Assembly (NCBI GenBank): GCA_944332475.1 | Contig: CALVKA010000002.1 | Span: forward strand, 449 to 64,448 | Length of the DNA stretch: 64,000 nt | DNA from: an uncultured Bacilli bacterium | GTDB taxonomy: Bacteria > Bacillota_I > Bacilli_A > RF39 > UBA660 | Reading direction: 5' to 3' | Shown here: positions 37,400 to 46,649 of the stretch, piece by piece | How positions within the stretch are numbered: position 1 is the stretch's first letter | Layout of the letters: every line of letters starts with the position of its first letter | Made by a program: the position numbers and the translations under genes | The notes under the pieces: generated by a model | Told to the model about the DNA's origin: nothing | Database searches by the model: none | The model's input: only the letters and a program-made list of their open reading frames with translations

Positions 37400-38989
37400 T
37401 TATCTTTTATTTTTTTCCAAATACTCTTCATAAGGAACTGCTCGATCAATAATTTTACCATTATCTAAAATCTCAATTACTCGATTACTAACTGTACTAT
37501 TTAGCTCATAATCACGAGAAGTAAATAAAACCTCACCTTTAAAGTTAACCAATCCTTTATTTAAAGAAGTAATACTTTCCAAATCTAAATGGTTAGTAGG
37601 TTCATCTAAAATCAAAAAATTAGGTTCTTCTAACATCATCTTAGACAACATACAACGAGCTTTCTCTCCACCTGATAACACAGAAACCTTTTTAAAAACA
37701 TCATCCCCAGAAAACAACATTCTTCCTAAAAAGCCACGAAGAACTGTCTCATCCTTTACATCATAATATTGTCCAATCCATTCCATAATATTTTTATCAG
37801 TATGAAAATAATTCGTATTATCCTGTGGTAAATAACCAAATTTTATTGTTTTTCCCCATTCAACCGTTCCTTCATCATAATCTTCTTCACCAGATAAAAT
37901 ATTGAATAGCGTCGTTTTAGCCAAATCATCTTGTGCTAAAACAGTAATCTTATCACCTTTTAAAACAGTAAAAGAAATATGATCTAAAATAGTTTTTCCA
38001 TCTACTACTTTCGTCAAATTCTCTACCTTTAAAATTTCTTTACCAGCCTCTTTTTCAATCTTAAAATCGATATATGGATATTTACGAGAAGAAGGAACAA
38101 TCTCATCCAATTGAATTTTATCAAGTAACTTCTTACGAGAAGTAGCTTGTCTAGACTTAGATGCATTGGCACTAAATCTAGCAATAAATGCCTGCAACTC
38201 TTTTATTTTCTCCTCTTTTTTCTTATTAGACTCTCTCATCTGTTTTTGTAATAATTCACTAGATTCATACCAAAAGTCATAATTACCAACATATAATTTT
38301 ATTTTTCCATAATCAATATCTGCAATATGGGTACAAACTTTATTTAAAAAATGACGATCATGAGAAACGATAATAACCGTATTATTAAAATTAATTAAAA
38401 ATTCTTCTAACCATTGAATTGCCTCTAAATCCAAACTATTAGTAGGCTCATCCAAAAGCAAAATATCTGGATTTCCAAACAAAGCTTGTGCAAGCAAAAC
38501 TTTTACTCTCAACTTAACAGGAATCTCTTTCATCTTCATAGAATGAAATAAAACATCAACTCCCAAACTATTCAACAAGGTAGCAGCATCACTTTCAGCA
38601 TTCCAACCATCCAATTCCATAAACTCAGCTTCCAAATTAGCAAGCTTCATACCATCTTCTTCACTAAATTCTGTCTGCATATACATTTTATTTTTTTCCG
38701 TCATAATTTGATACAACTTTTCATTACCCATAATAACCACATCTAAAACAGAATCTTCTTCATATTGATAATGATCCTGTCTTAAAAATGAAATTCTTTC
38801 TCCTTTAGAAATAAGAATTTCTCCTGTCGTTGGCTCAATTTCACCAGATAACACTTTTAAAAATGTACTTTTTCCAGAACCATTTGCTCCAATAAGACCA
38901 TAACAGTTTCCACTTGTAAATTTAATATTAACTTCTTCAAATAAAGTTCTTTTCCCAAACTTTAAACTAACATTATTTACCTGTATCAT
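37400..38989 (-). CDS. ABC-F family ATPase (two tandem ABC domains, no TMD)
   Basis: 529 aa. Two Walker A sites (GANGSGKST and the second-domain equivalent), two LSGG signatures (LSGGEK..) and an inter-domain linker. Confidence 0.85.
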   Translation of the reverse strand: MIQVNNVSLKFGKRTLFEEVNIKFTSGNCYGLIGANGSGKSTFLKVLSGEIEPTTGEILISKGERISFLRQDHYQYEEDSVLDVVIMGNEKLYQIMTEKNKMYMQTEFSEEDGMKLANLEAEFMELDGWNAESDAATLLNSLGVDVLFHSMKMKEIPVKLRVKVLLAQALFGNPDILLLDEPTNSLDLEAIQWLEEFLINFNNTVIIVSHDRHFLNKVCTHIADIDYGKIKLYVGNYDFWYESSELLQKQMRESNKKKEEKIKELQAFIARFSANASKSRQATSRKKLLDKIQLDEIVPSSRKYPYIDFKIEKEAGKEILKVENLTKVVDGKTILDHISFTVLKGDKITVLAQDDLAKTTLFNILSGEEDYDEGTVEWGKTIKFGYLPQDNTNYFHTDKNIMEWIGQYYDVKDETVLRGFLGRMLFSGDDVFKKVSVLSGGEKARCMLSKMMLEEPNFLILDEPTNHLDLESITSLNKGLVNFKGEVLFTSRDYELNSTVSNRVIEILDNGKIIDRAVPYEEYLEKNKR

Positions 38990-39042
38990 TCTATCACCTC
39001 AAAACTTCTTAAATTTTACTATAAATATGAAAAAAAGACAAG

Positions 39043-39753
39043 TTATAAAACTTTTCTTTTAACATAACTTGCCAAATTACTTTCACAAATATCTTCTGTA
39101 ATAAACTCCATCAAAGAAATACCCCTATTCTGTGCTTGTTTTTATATACCATATAATTTAGAAAAACAATAACCATACTTTTCAAACTCATGAATAGCAT
39201 ATCGATTTAAAACCCTAAAAAACAAAAAATTATCAACAGCATTCTTATTTTTTGAATGATTTCCTCTACTGAATATTGATAGTTTCTAAAATACCTCCCT
39301 GAATCAATAAAATAAAGACCATCACGAAAAGAATGATTACATATTCTATAATCTTTCGCCATAAAATCAGCAACTAAAACATGATGACTACCTAAAGTAG
39401 AACAGTCTGTCTGTAATAATTTAAAATTAGAAAGAACAAGACTAGTTGGTAACAACATAAAATGCAATAATCCTAAGTTTTCTATATAACAAGTAGTATA
39501 CCCCTTAAATTGTCCCCAAATAGAATATAACGTTGTTTGCGGTAACAAAATACGACTAGTAGAAAGAATTTCCAAAAATTGAACATCATCAAAACTTAAA
39601 CAATCACAAAAAGAAAAAATGATAACACTTATAAGCAACATCACCTTTTCAATAAACCGTTGCCTCTTGTCCCTTCCCAGTATAATCTTTTAAAAATAAT
39701 AGATGAGCCCCTTGTTCATTAACAACAACTTTCAAAGAAATCACATCTTTCAC
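39043..39753 (-). pseudogene. decayed tandem paralogue of the downstream... adjacent kinase-like gene (39761-40477)
   Basis: Hand translation aligns along the full length of the neighbour: ...DYTGKGQEATVY*KGDVAYKCYH..., STSRILLPQ..., GQFKGYTT.YIE..., VLVADF..., ...NLASYVKRKVL*. It is interrupted by an in-frame TGA and frame changes. The track ORF 39207-39644 is one fragment. Confidence 0.75.
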
Positions 39754-39760
39754 ATTTTAA

Positions 39761-40477
39761 CTATTTTTTTAATACTTTTCTTTTTATATATTCACCCAAA
39801 TTTTTTTCATGAATATCAGATTCTATATAATCCATAAGTCCAACTGAAGTATAGGTGGTATCACAAGACCACTCCTTCATAGCTTCAGCCACTTGAGGAG
39901 AAGATCCTAAAAAATTACCATACTTCATAATAATACCATGATAAATAACATCATCTACCATAGAAGAATTATAAGCAATAATTTCACTAGAAGAAAAACT
40001 AGTATCATAGCGAAACTTACCCGGATCAAAAAAATAAACACCATCATGAAAAGAATAATTATGGACATCAGAATTTCCAGGTAAAAAGTCAGCCACCAAA
40101 ACAGATTGTTCTCCCAGAATAGTACAATCTTGCTTTAATCGATGAAATTCGTCAATTAAAAAATCCGTAGGTAACTGCAAAATATTTTCAATGCCATAAT
40201 CTTCCACATACTTTGTTGTATATCCCTTAAATTTCCCAGTAAGACTCCATAAAATTTCTTGAGGTAACAAAATACGACTAGTAGAAAGCTTGCGTAATTT
40301 TTGCACTTCTTCTAAACTCAAACGATCTGTATAAAAGAAAGGATGATAACATTTATATGCTGTATTCCCTTTTCGATAAACCGTAGCCTCAGTACCTTTA
40401 CCAATAAAATCATAAGAATATAAATGAATAATACCCCTTTCCGTTCTAATTGTTCTCACAACACCACATACTTCCAA
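39761..40477 (-). CDS. small protein-kinase-like fold protein (atypical kinase)
   Basis: 238 aa. Gly-rich loop IGKGTEATVY, AYK lysine, VLVADF....N and FFDPG (DFG-like). Confidence 0.45.
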   Translation of the reverse strand: MEVCGVVRTIRTERGIIHLYSYDFIGKGTEATVYRKGNTAYKCYHPFFYTDRLSLEEVQKLRKLSTSRILLPQEILWSLTGKFKGYTTKYVEDYGIENILQLPTDFLIDEFHRLKQDCTILGEQSVLVADFLPGNSDVHNYSFHDGVYFFDPGKFRYDTSFSSSEIIAYNSSMVDDVIYHGIIMKYGNFLGSSPQVAEAMKEWSCDTTYTSVGLMDYIESDIHEKNLGEYIKRKVLKK

Positions 40478-40492
40478 TCCTAATATTAAGTA

Positions 40493-41428
40493 TTATAATT
40501 CTATAAATTCCTTTAACACATGATAAACTTTCTCTATTTCTAAACATTCCTCTTTCTTTTTACCTAATGATTTTAAGAGAGCTAAAACATCAATAGTATT
40601 CTTTTTTGTCTGTTTCTTACTTTGTAAATTTTCTAACTTTTTCTCAACAAATTCAATACTTTCAACATCGCTAAGAATCCTTTTGGTATCTACTTGCATA
40701 ATTCCCTGCTTCTTTGGTACATGATCAAACTGATAACGAAAATAATCAATTTGTCTAAAAAAAGTAGGACGTTTATAATTTTCAAAAATCATTAACGCAT
40801 AAATTAGAAGTCTCATATCACCCTTTACTCGAATATCAGAACCATATTTCTGTTTCATCTTAGTATATTGATGAATAATATATTGTTTGCGATCTCCCAA
40901 ATCAAGTGATTTTCTATCACGATCTTTAATAAAAGATAACTTCTCTTTTTGATGAAAAAAATGATAAAAAAATAAAATAATAAATACCCATAATAAAAAT
41001 TTTAATTGTTCTGGATTTAAAAAAACCATTTCAACTTGACGAATAATAAATTGATTTAACAAATAAGCAACAACAACATTACCTAAATATAAAGGCAACA
41101 CTCCATCTTCTTTAGCAAAAAAATCTTTATCTAATAAATAACTAGTATAAAGCATTCGAATTAAAAATTCAAAAACTACAATAATAAAAATATCATCACA
41201 AAATGTTAAAAAATGAAAATAACTTGCTATAGCGGCTAAAAAGACCAAGAAAATATTAGTAAACAAAATATATTCCACTTTGGTCAACGAAAACTTTTTC
41301 ATCATATAATTAAGAAATAAAAATAACAAAAAGGCAAACAAAAAATAACTAAGAAATACTAAAAACTCCATATCAAATGCCCCCTTAAAATTTATGCTTA
41401 TTATACAACCAAAAAGAAAAAAAGGCAA
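40493..41428 (-). CDS. polytopic membrane protein with C-terminal soluble domain (weak SLT-like GIMQV motif)
   Basis: The true start is probably the internal Met (MEFLVFLSYF...), which follows AAGGGGG. About 6 TM helices. The tail contains MIFENYKRP...KKQGIMQVD, reminiscent of lytic transglycosylase motifs. Confidence 0.45.
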   Translation of the reverse strand: MPFFLFGCIISINFKGAFDMEFLVFLSYFLFAFLLFLFLNYMMKKFSLTKVEYILFTNIFLVFLAAIASYFHFLTFCDDIFIIVVFEFLIRMLYTSYLLDKDFFAKEDGVLPLYLGNVVVAYLLNQFIIRQVEMVFLNPEQLKFLLWVFIILFFYHFFHQKEKLSFIKDRDRKSLDLGDRKQYIIHQYTKMKQKYGSDIRVKGDMRLLIYALMIFENYKRPTFFRQIDYFRYQFDHVPKKQGIMQVDTKRILSDVESIEFVEKKLENLQSKKQTKKNTIDVLALLKSLGKKKEECLEIEKVYHVLKEFIEL

Positions 41429-41569
41429 TATTACATCACCCTTCTTAATAAATTTTTATCAATATATTATAACCAAGTAATAATAAAATCTTTTAACCCA
41501 TAAATGAAACTATAACTAAGATAAACACAACAACATATAAGTAAGTATTCTAATGACCAATCCAAGCTA

Positions 41570-41878
41570 TCAAGAACAATTCTTGTATTTATCCATCTCT
41601 TTTAATCTTCTCTTTATCATAAACACTAATTCCATAGAAGCATCAATTTTATACAAGACAAGTAAACTATCTTGCAATTTTGTTCGCAAAGACATCGTAT
41701 CCTTAATATGTTCAGCTTCTTTTTTATAATCAAAGTCAGATATCGGATTTTCTTTCAAAAAAGAACGAATATAATTTTCTATATCTTTTAGCACATAAAC
41801 TTTCAAATCATATTCATCCATTTCAGCAACACCATAGTATCCGCCAACCAAATATTTAAATTCATCTTGTAATATCAT
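41570..41878 (-). CDS. hypothetical protein
   Basis: 102 aa. 4-nt overlap with the upstream DUF4186 gene. No motif recognised. Confidence 0.4.
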   Translation of the reverse strand: MILQDEFKYLVGGYYGVAEMDEYDLKVYVLKDIENYIRSFLKENPISDFDYKKEAEHIKDTMSLRTKLQDSLLVLYKIDASMELVFMIKRRLKEMDKYKNCS

Positions 41879-42252
41879 AATCTCACCTCTTTTTTAATCC
41901 ATCTCATAATAACTTGAACCACATAATCTATTTCTTCTTTTGTTAAATCTCGATCTTTTGAAATGTGATGCCATTTAAATAAACACCCTCTACAACAAGT
42001 GGCAGTCGCATGTTGGGCAAGAAAGACAGGATGTCCTTTCATAGGTGTTTGTTTTCCATCATTTTCTAAATGACAAGGAGCTAAACGTTTAATAATAAAA
42101 TCATAAGCATGTTGTTGAATCGTCTCCACACCTTTTTCTAAAACATACTCCTTATCCTTCTTAGATAAATGAAATCGACTACGAAACTTAGATTTAGCTA
42201 AACGATAAAACAATTGATTGATTTCAAAATCTTGATATTCAGAAATGGTCAT
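41875..42252 (-). CDS. DUF4186 family protein
   Basis: 125 aa. HPVFLAQHATATCCRGCLFKWH signature. Confidence 0.6.
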   Translation of the reverse strand: MTISEYQDFEINQLFYRLAKSKFRSRFHLSKKDKEYVLEKGVETIQQHAYDFIIKRLAPCHLENDGKQTPMKGHPVFLAQHATATCCRGCLFKWHHISKDRDLTKEEIDYVVQVIMRWIKKEVRL

Positions 42253-42253
42253 A

Positions 42254-42727
42254 CTATCTCTCCTCTACAAGAAAGGCAAATTGACAATCAAGACTCTCCT
42301 CTAAATCTGAAACAGAAACTTCTACTTGATATCCAACTTTACCAGCACTAAAAATAATACTCGAAAAATTTTTAGCGCTTTCATGAACAACAACAGGAAA
42401 TTTTTTCTTCATTCCAAAAGGAGAACAACCACCATGAACATAACCGGTAAGCGGTAACAATTCCTTCGCTGGTAACATAGAAACAGATTTTTCACCAACA
42501 CTTTTTGCCGCCTTTTTCAAGTCTAACTCTTCCGCAACAGGAATCATAAAAACATAGTATTTTTTAGAAGAAGAAACCGTAACTAAAGTCTTAAAAACTT
42601 GACAAACATCTTGCTGTAACACAGTCGCAACATCAACACCACTAATAGCGTCCGTATCTCCATAATAATAAGAGTGATAAGAAATTCTCTTCTGATCCAA
42701 TAATCGCATTACATTAGTCTTTTCCAT
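42254..42727 (-). CDS. ybaK: Cys-tRNA(Pro)/Cys-tRNA(Cys) deacylase YbaK
   Basis: 157 aa. N-terminus TNVMRLLDQ..I.Y, KTLV and GYVHGGCSPFG motifs. Confidence 0.8.
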   Translation of the reverse strand: MEKTNVMRLLDQKRISYHSYYYGDTDAISGVDVATVLQQDVCQVFKTLVTVSSSKKYYVFMIPVAEELDLKKAAKSVGEKSVSMLPAKELLPLTGYVHGGCSPFGMKKKFPVVVHESAKNFSSIIFSAGKVGYQVEVSVSDLEESLDCQFAFLVEER

Positions 42728-42785
42728 GCTAACACCTTCCTACAACATTATATCATAGAAAAAGTAGATTAAAAAATCTACTAAC

Positions 42786-43274
42786 TTAGCTTAAAAGTGC
42801 CTTCACACTATCAATCACATATTGCCTCGTTTCATCAAATGTTAAATCTAAGCTAACCGACAACTCATTATATAATCTTTTTTCAGCTAATTGAAAATAA
42901 TTATCATCTTTCTCTCCAATTTTTTTCTTCTGATTCAACCGTTCCCGATTCCGTAAATAAGCAGTTTTTATAATTTTTACTAAATTCTCTAATGTTCCTT
43001 CATCCAAAAGCCGTTTATATTCATATTCTAAGTCTTTATCATCTGCATCAATCATATCAATAGACGGTATTTGAGAAATCAAATCATTCGCTTCCTTTTT
43101 AGAAACAACTTCCCGAAGATAACAAGAAGCCTCTACTGGAACCTTAATAATTAAAGAATCATCATCGATAGGACTCATAATATAATAATCCTTATCAAAG
43201 AATAATTTCCCTTTAATTTCTTTAATCTGACAAACATCTCTTCTATAAATAACAAAATCACCGACTTTAAACAT
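42786..43274 (-). CDS. CarD/CdnL family transcriptional regulator
   Basis: 162 aa. N-terminus MFKVGDFVIYRRDVCQI (CarD_CdnL_TRCF domain). Confidence 0.75.
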   Translation of the reverse strand: MFKVGDFVIYRRDVCQIKEIKGKLFFDKDYYIMSPIDDDSLIIKVPVEASCYLREVVSKKEANDLISQIPSIDMIDADDKDLEYEYKRLLDEGTLENLVKIIKTAYLRNRERLNQKKKIGEKDDNYFQLAEKRLYNELSVSLDLTFDETRQYVIDSVKALLS

Positions 43275-43474
43275 AATTCCCCTCCCAAAAAAATAGCTAT
43301 CAGCTGGATTTACACCAATAAATAGCTACACGTTGTACTTAAATTATATCATTTTTTTTATTTTTTCATAAGTAAAAATTTTGACTTTTATCACAAGAAA
43401 ATGAAAAAATTGGGCGTTTGTTATCAAATGTCACCAACCAATTGCTTATATTATAATGAAAGGAATGAAGTAAT

Positions 43475-43630
43475 ATGTACGGAATGTATCCTTATTATCC
43501 ATATAATTATGGAAACAATGATGGATTTGGTTCTGGATGGATTTGGGCTATCATCATTGTTATCATCATTATTTTCTTCATATGGGGAGGAAATAATAAT
43601 TGCTGCAACAATGGAAACGGTTGCAGATAA
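43475..43630 (+). CDS. tiny TM protein, YjcZ-like (Gly/Tyr-rich N-terminus, one TM, Cys-rich tail)
   Basis: 51 aa: MYGMYPYYPYNYGNNDGFGSGWIWAIIIVIIIIFFIWGGNNNCCNNGNGCR. SD-like AAAGGAATGAAG upstream and a terminator directly downstream. Not in the track (under 60 aa). Confidence 0.55.
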   Translation: MYGMYPYYPYNYGNNDGFGSGWIWAIIIVIIIIFFIWGGNNNCCNNGNGCR

Positions 43631-43656
43631 AAAGCACATTAATTGTGCTTTTTTAT
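43631..43656 (+). terminator. rho-independent terminator
   Basis: AAAGCACA-TTAAT-TGTGCTTT followed by TTTTAT. Confidence 0.7.
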
Positions 43657-43741
43657 TGGCCAAAAATCCATTGATATAAAATTGTAAATCTACTAGATAA
43701 TCTATAAAAGGAAAGAAAGGAAAAGGCAGGTAAAGGGCAGG

Positions 43742-43773
43742 TAAAAAAATAAAAACCGTTGATAAACAACGGT
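43742..43773 (-). terminator. rho-independent terminator after tRNA-Ala
   Basis: Minus strand reads ACCGTTG-TTTAT-CAACGGT followed by TTTTTATTTTTTT. Confidence 0.65.
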
Positions 43774-43784
43774 AATCATCAATA

Positions 43785-43860
43785 TGGTGGAGCATAGCGG
43801 GATCGAACCGCTGACCTCCACGGTGCAAACGTGGCGCTCTCCCAGCTGAGCTAATGCCCC
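43785..43860 (-). tRNA. tRNA-Ala(UGC): tRNA-Ala (anticodon UGC)
   Basis: GGGGCAT acceptor, anticodon stem CCACG/CGTGG, loop TT-TGC-AC, encoded CCA. Confidence 0.85.
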
Positions 43861-43919
43861 ATATTTGTCATCCCTTTTTCAAGTCGACAAATAGATTATA
43901 GCAAGCACAAAGTTAATTG

Positions 43920-44633
43920 TCAACAACTTTTGTACTTTTTTTCTAAATATTCTCTTTCCAAATAATAGTTATCACCATCCTTAATCAAGTGACGATAACT
44001 CCTTTGAAACTGATCAAAAGATGAAATCACCTTACTCTTTTGAAAACAAAAATGATTTAAATATCGCTCCAACAAAAAACGCTCATAATAATAAGGTACT
44101 TTTCTAAATTCCATCATAAGTTTTATAAACAAAAAAGCAGTAAAAAAAAACACATTAATAGAAAAAGAAACAAAACAAAAATAAAAAAAACAAAACAATA
44201 ACAAATACCCTAAAAGAAAAGTAGAATAAAAAGCCTTCTTATACGGTAAAAAATGATGAAACAATAAACAAACCAATTTCCCACCATCCAAAGGATAAAT
44301 AGGAAGTAAATTAAAAAATAAAATCCCCCAATGATAAGTAAAAATCAAATTTTGTTTTTCTGGAAAAAGAAAAACTAAAAAACAGCAGGCAAGAATTTGA
44401 AAGATTGGACCAAAAATCAAAATTAAGAACTCTTTAACCAGTGATAAATTAAAGGATGTTGAAAACTTAGAAATGCCTCCCAATGGATAAATCAAAATTT
44501 TAAGCACTTTCCCACCACAAAGATAAGCCATCAAAAGATGTCCTATCTCATGAATGACAATTAAAAAAGTAATAACAAAAAACGAGAAAAAAGATGCTGT
44601 CAAAACAGCAAAAAAAGCAACTAAATAAAACAA
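43920..44633 (-). CDS. M50 site-2 protease family protein (SpoIVFB-like)
   Basis: 237 aa, multi-TM. HEIGHLL and NLLPIYPLDGG. Confidence 0.8.
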   Translation of the reverse strand: MFYLVAFFAVLTASFFSFFVITFLIVIHEIGHLLMAYLCGGKVLKILIYPLGGISKFSTSFNLSLVKEFLILIFGPIFQILACCFLVFLFPEKQNLIFTYHWGILFFNLLPIYPLDGGKLVCLLFHHFLPYKKAFYSTFLLGYLLLFCFFYFCFVSFSINVFFFTAFLFIKLMMEFRKVPYYYERFLLERYLNHFCFQKSKVISSFDQFQRSYRHLIKDGDNYYLEREYLEKKYKSC

Positions 44634-44652
44634 TGGATGAAATTCAAAATAC

Positions 44653-45228
44653 TTAAATATAATCTTTATAATTTAAATATTCTCCATCTTTTTGAAAAAT
44701 TAAATACAAATTTTTATCTTGTGCTTCTCCTAATAAACTCCCTTTTTCAACATAATCATATAATTGTATCCCCTCTGTTGAAATATTAGAATAATACACA
44801 TCCACCCCATCAATTTGCTCTATCACAACGGTATCTCCATAATCTTCTTTTTCACCCATAAAAATAACAATGCCACTTTCTAAAACAGGCACCATATAAT
44901 GATCACTAACTTTAAGTTTAACACCATCTAAATAAGTATCCGCTTTCTCATAAGAAAGTTTTTCTTTAAATACAGGTTGCTCTTCAACCATTAACTGATC
45001 AATAGACAAAATATTACCAAAATATTTTTGATAAAAATCTTTAATTTTAGTAAATTTAAAATTATTATCATATACCTCATCTAAAATAATATTTTTAAAA
45101 TCAGAGTTACTTTTCACTAAAATCATCCCTACTAAAAATATAATAACAGTAATTAAAACTCTAGTAATAAAATTACGAACGCTTTTCTTTAATACCAACT
45201 TTTTCTTTACAGTTTTCCTTGTATCCAT
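44653..45228 (-). CDS. membrane-anchored degenerate LytM/M23-domain protein (SpoIVFA-like)
   Basis: 191 aa. N-terminal TM and a C-terminal M23-like beta core (SGIVIFMGEKEDYGDTVVIEQIDGVDVYYSNI...GSLLG) lacking the metal-binding His residues. Confidence 0.5.
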   Translation of the reverse strand: MDTRKTVKKKLVLKKSVRNFITRVLITVIIFLVGMILVKSNSDFKNIILDEVYDNNFKFTKIKDFYQKYFGNILSIDQLMVEEQPVFKEKLSYEKADTYLDGVKLKVSDHYMVPVLESGIVIFMGEKEDYGDTVVIEQIDGVDVYYSNISTEGIQLYDYVEKGSLLGEAQDKNLYLIFQKDGEYLNYKDYI

Positions 45229-45284
45229 ATCTCAGTCTCCTCTATAAAGGATATGAAAAAAAGAAAGTAAATATTCTACTTTCT

Positions 45285-45797
45285 TTAAGAATTAATAGCG
45301 ATTTTTTTATATTTCTTTGGCAACAACCAAATAATAAAATAAAGAAACTCGCCATAAAATAAATTGAGTAACAGACTATGAGAAACCTTATAAATCAAAC
45401 GAGAAAATGTCATTGGTACCAATTGAAATATCAAAATAATAATAGCATTCATACATTCATATCCCACAATAGCAACCACAAGAAATAATAAAGTACTAAG
45501 CCATGTACGACGAATATAGCGATTCATAAACATCGTAATGCAACCAACAGCTAAAAACAAAATAGCATTATAAAACAATAAATTGGTATACATAAAATCA
45601 TATAGAAGCCCTATAACAAAACAACTAAAAAAATAATACTTTAATCTCTTCGTAAACAAAGGATAAACAATAACCAAAGAAACTATAGTAATCATAGGAG
45701 TAAAAAGTGATAAATCGCCTACCATATAAGGTAAAAAGTTAGAAAGAATACCATCTAAAAAGAAAGACACAACAAGTATAACAATAGCAACAACCAT
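45285..45797 (-). CDS. mreD: rod shape-determining protein MreD
   Basis: 170 aa polytopic membrane protein directly after mreC. Confidence 0.75.
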   Translation of the reverse strand: MVVAIVILVVSFFLDGILSNFLPYMVGDLSLFTPMITIVSLVIVYPLFTKRLKYYFFSCFVIGLLYDFMYTNLLFYNAILFLAVGCITMFMNRYIRRTWLSTLLFLVVAIVGYECMNAIIILIFQLVPMTFSRLIYKVSHSLLLNLFYGEFLYFIIWLLPKKYKKIAINS

Positions 45798-45798
45798 A

Positions 45799-46617
45799 TT
45801 ATTCTTTCTCCTTCAAAACAGTAACATAATGAATATTATTAAAATCCTGTGACGTTTTAATATATAATGTCTTACTTAAATCATACTTATCACTTTGAAC
45901 ATCTTGTACAACTCCTACATAAATACCCGCTGGAAACATTCCACCAAGTCCACTTGTAACAATCGTATCTCCCTTAGCAACATTACTCATTTTGTCAACA
46001 CCAGTAACAGTAACACACTCCGTATCCGCATCATATCCATTTAATATAGCATAACTATCACCATTACCAGTTTGAATAGCAACACTAACTTTAAAATTAA
46101 CATCATCTGATGTAATCAACTTAATTTCACTAGAATTACGATATACCCTAGAAATTTTTCCTACTAATCCATTTTTTGTAATAACAGCCATATCCTTTTC
46201 GATACCATCTTTAGAACCCTTATCAATCATAATTTGATTAAACCAATAATTCTTATTTCTAGATAAAATAGTAGCATTAACAGCTGTATACTCTGTCAAA
46301 GTACTATTTAAATCTAGCATATCCTTCAATTCTTGAATTTCTTGTTCCAAAGAAGCATTTACATTCTTTTGAATCAAATAACTTTCCGTCTGGTCAACAT
46401 CTTTTTCAGTATTTAAAGCCGTAAAAGGATACATAACTACTTTATCAATAGCCATTACAACATTTTTAATAAGTCCCTCTCCTAAAAAATTAGAACGACT
46501 CAAATAAACAGATAAACTTAATCCAAGAAGCACCATAACAATAGAAATTGCTACAATAATTTTTATGTTTAATTGTTTTCTCTTTTTATTCTTATACATA
46601 ACATCATCCCATTCCAA
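45799..46617 (-). CDS. mreC: rod shape-determining protein MreC
   Basis: 272 aa. N-terminal TM, coiled-coil LEQEIQELKD, and beta domains with NGLVGKISRV and TSGLGGMFPAGI. Confidence 0.85.
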   Translation of the reverse strand: MEWDDVMYKNKKRKQLNIKIIVAISIVMVLLGLSLSVYLSRSNFLGEGLIKNVVMAIDKVVMYPFTALNTEKDVDQTESYLIQKNVNASLEQEIQELKDMLDLNSTLTEYTAVNATILSRNKNYWFNQIMIDKGSKDGIEKDMAVITKNGLVGKISRVYRNSSEIKLITSDDVNFKVSVAIQTGNGDSYAILNGYDADTECVTVTGVDKMSNVAKGDTIVTSGLGGMFPAGIYVGVVQDVQSDKYDLSKTLYIKTSQDFNNIHYVTVLKEKE

Positions 46618-46649
46618 CTTATTATAATATAAATCAAATTTAGTCGCAA

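Noticed and set aside
37400-38989. The ABC protein as the missing exporter or leader peptidase for the Gly-Gly precursor
   Set aside because: It is an ABC-F protein (two ATPase domains, no transmembrane or C39 peptidase domain), lies 6 kb away and is separated by unrelated genes.
39207-39644. 145-aa track ORF as a functional gene
   Set aside because: It is one reading-frame fragment of the decayed paralogue. Homologous sequence continues on both sides in other frames with a premature TGA.
43401-43828. Track ORFs 43401-43679(+) and 43451-43828(-)
   Set aside because: They overlap each other. The minus one runs into tRNA-Ala and its terminator. The 51-aa ORF with an SD and terminator explains the region better.
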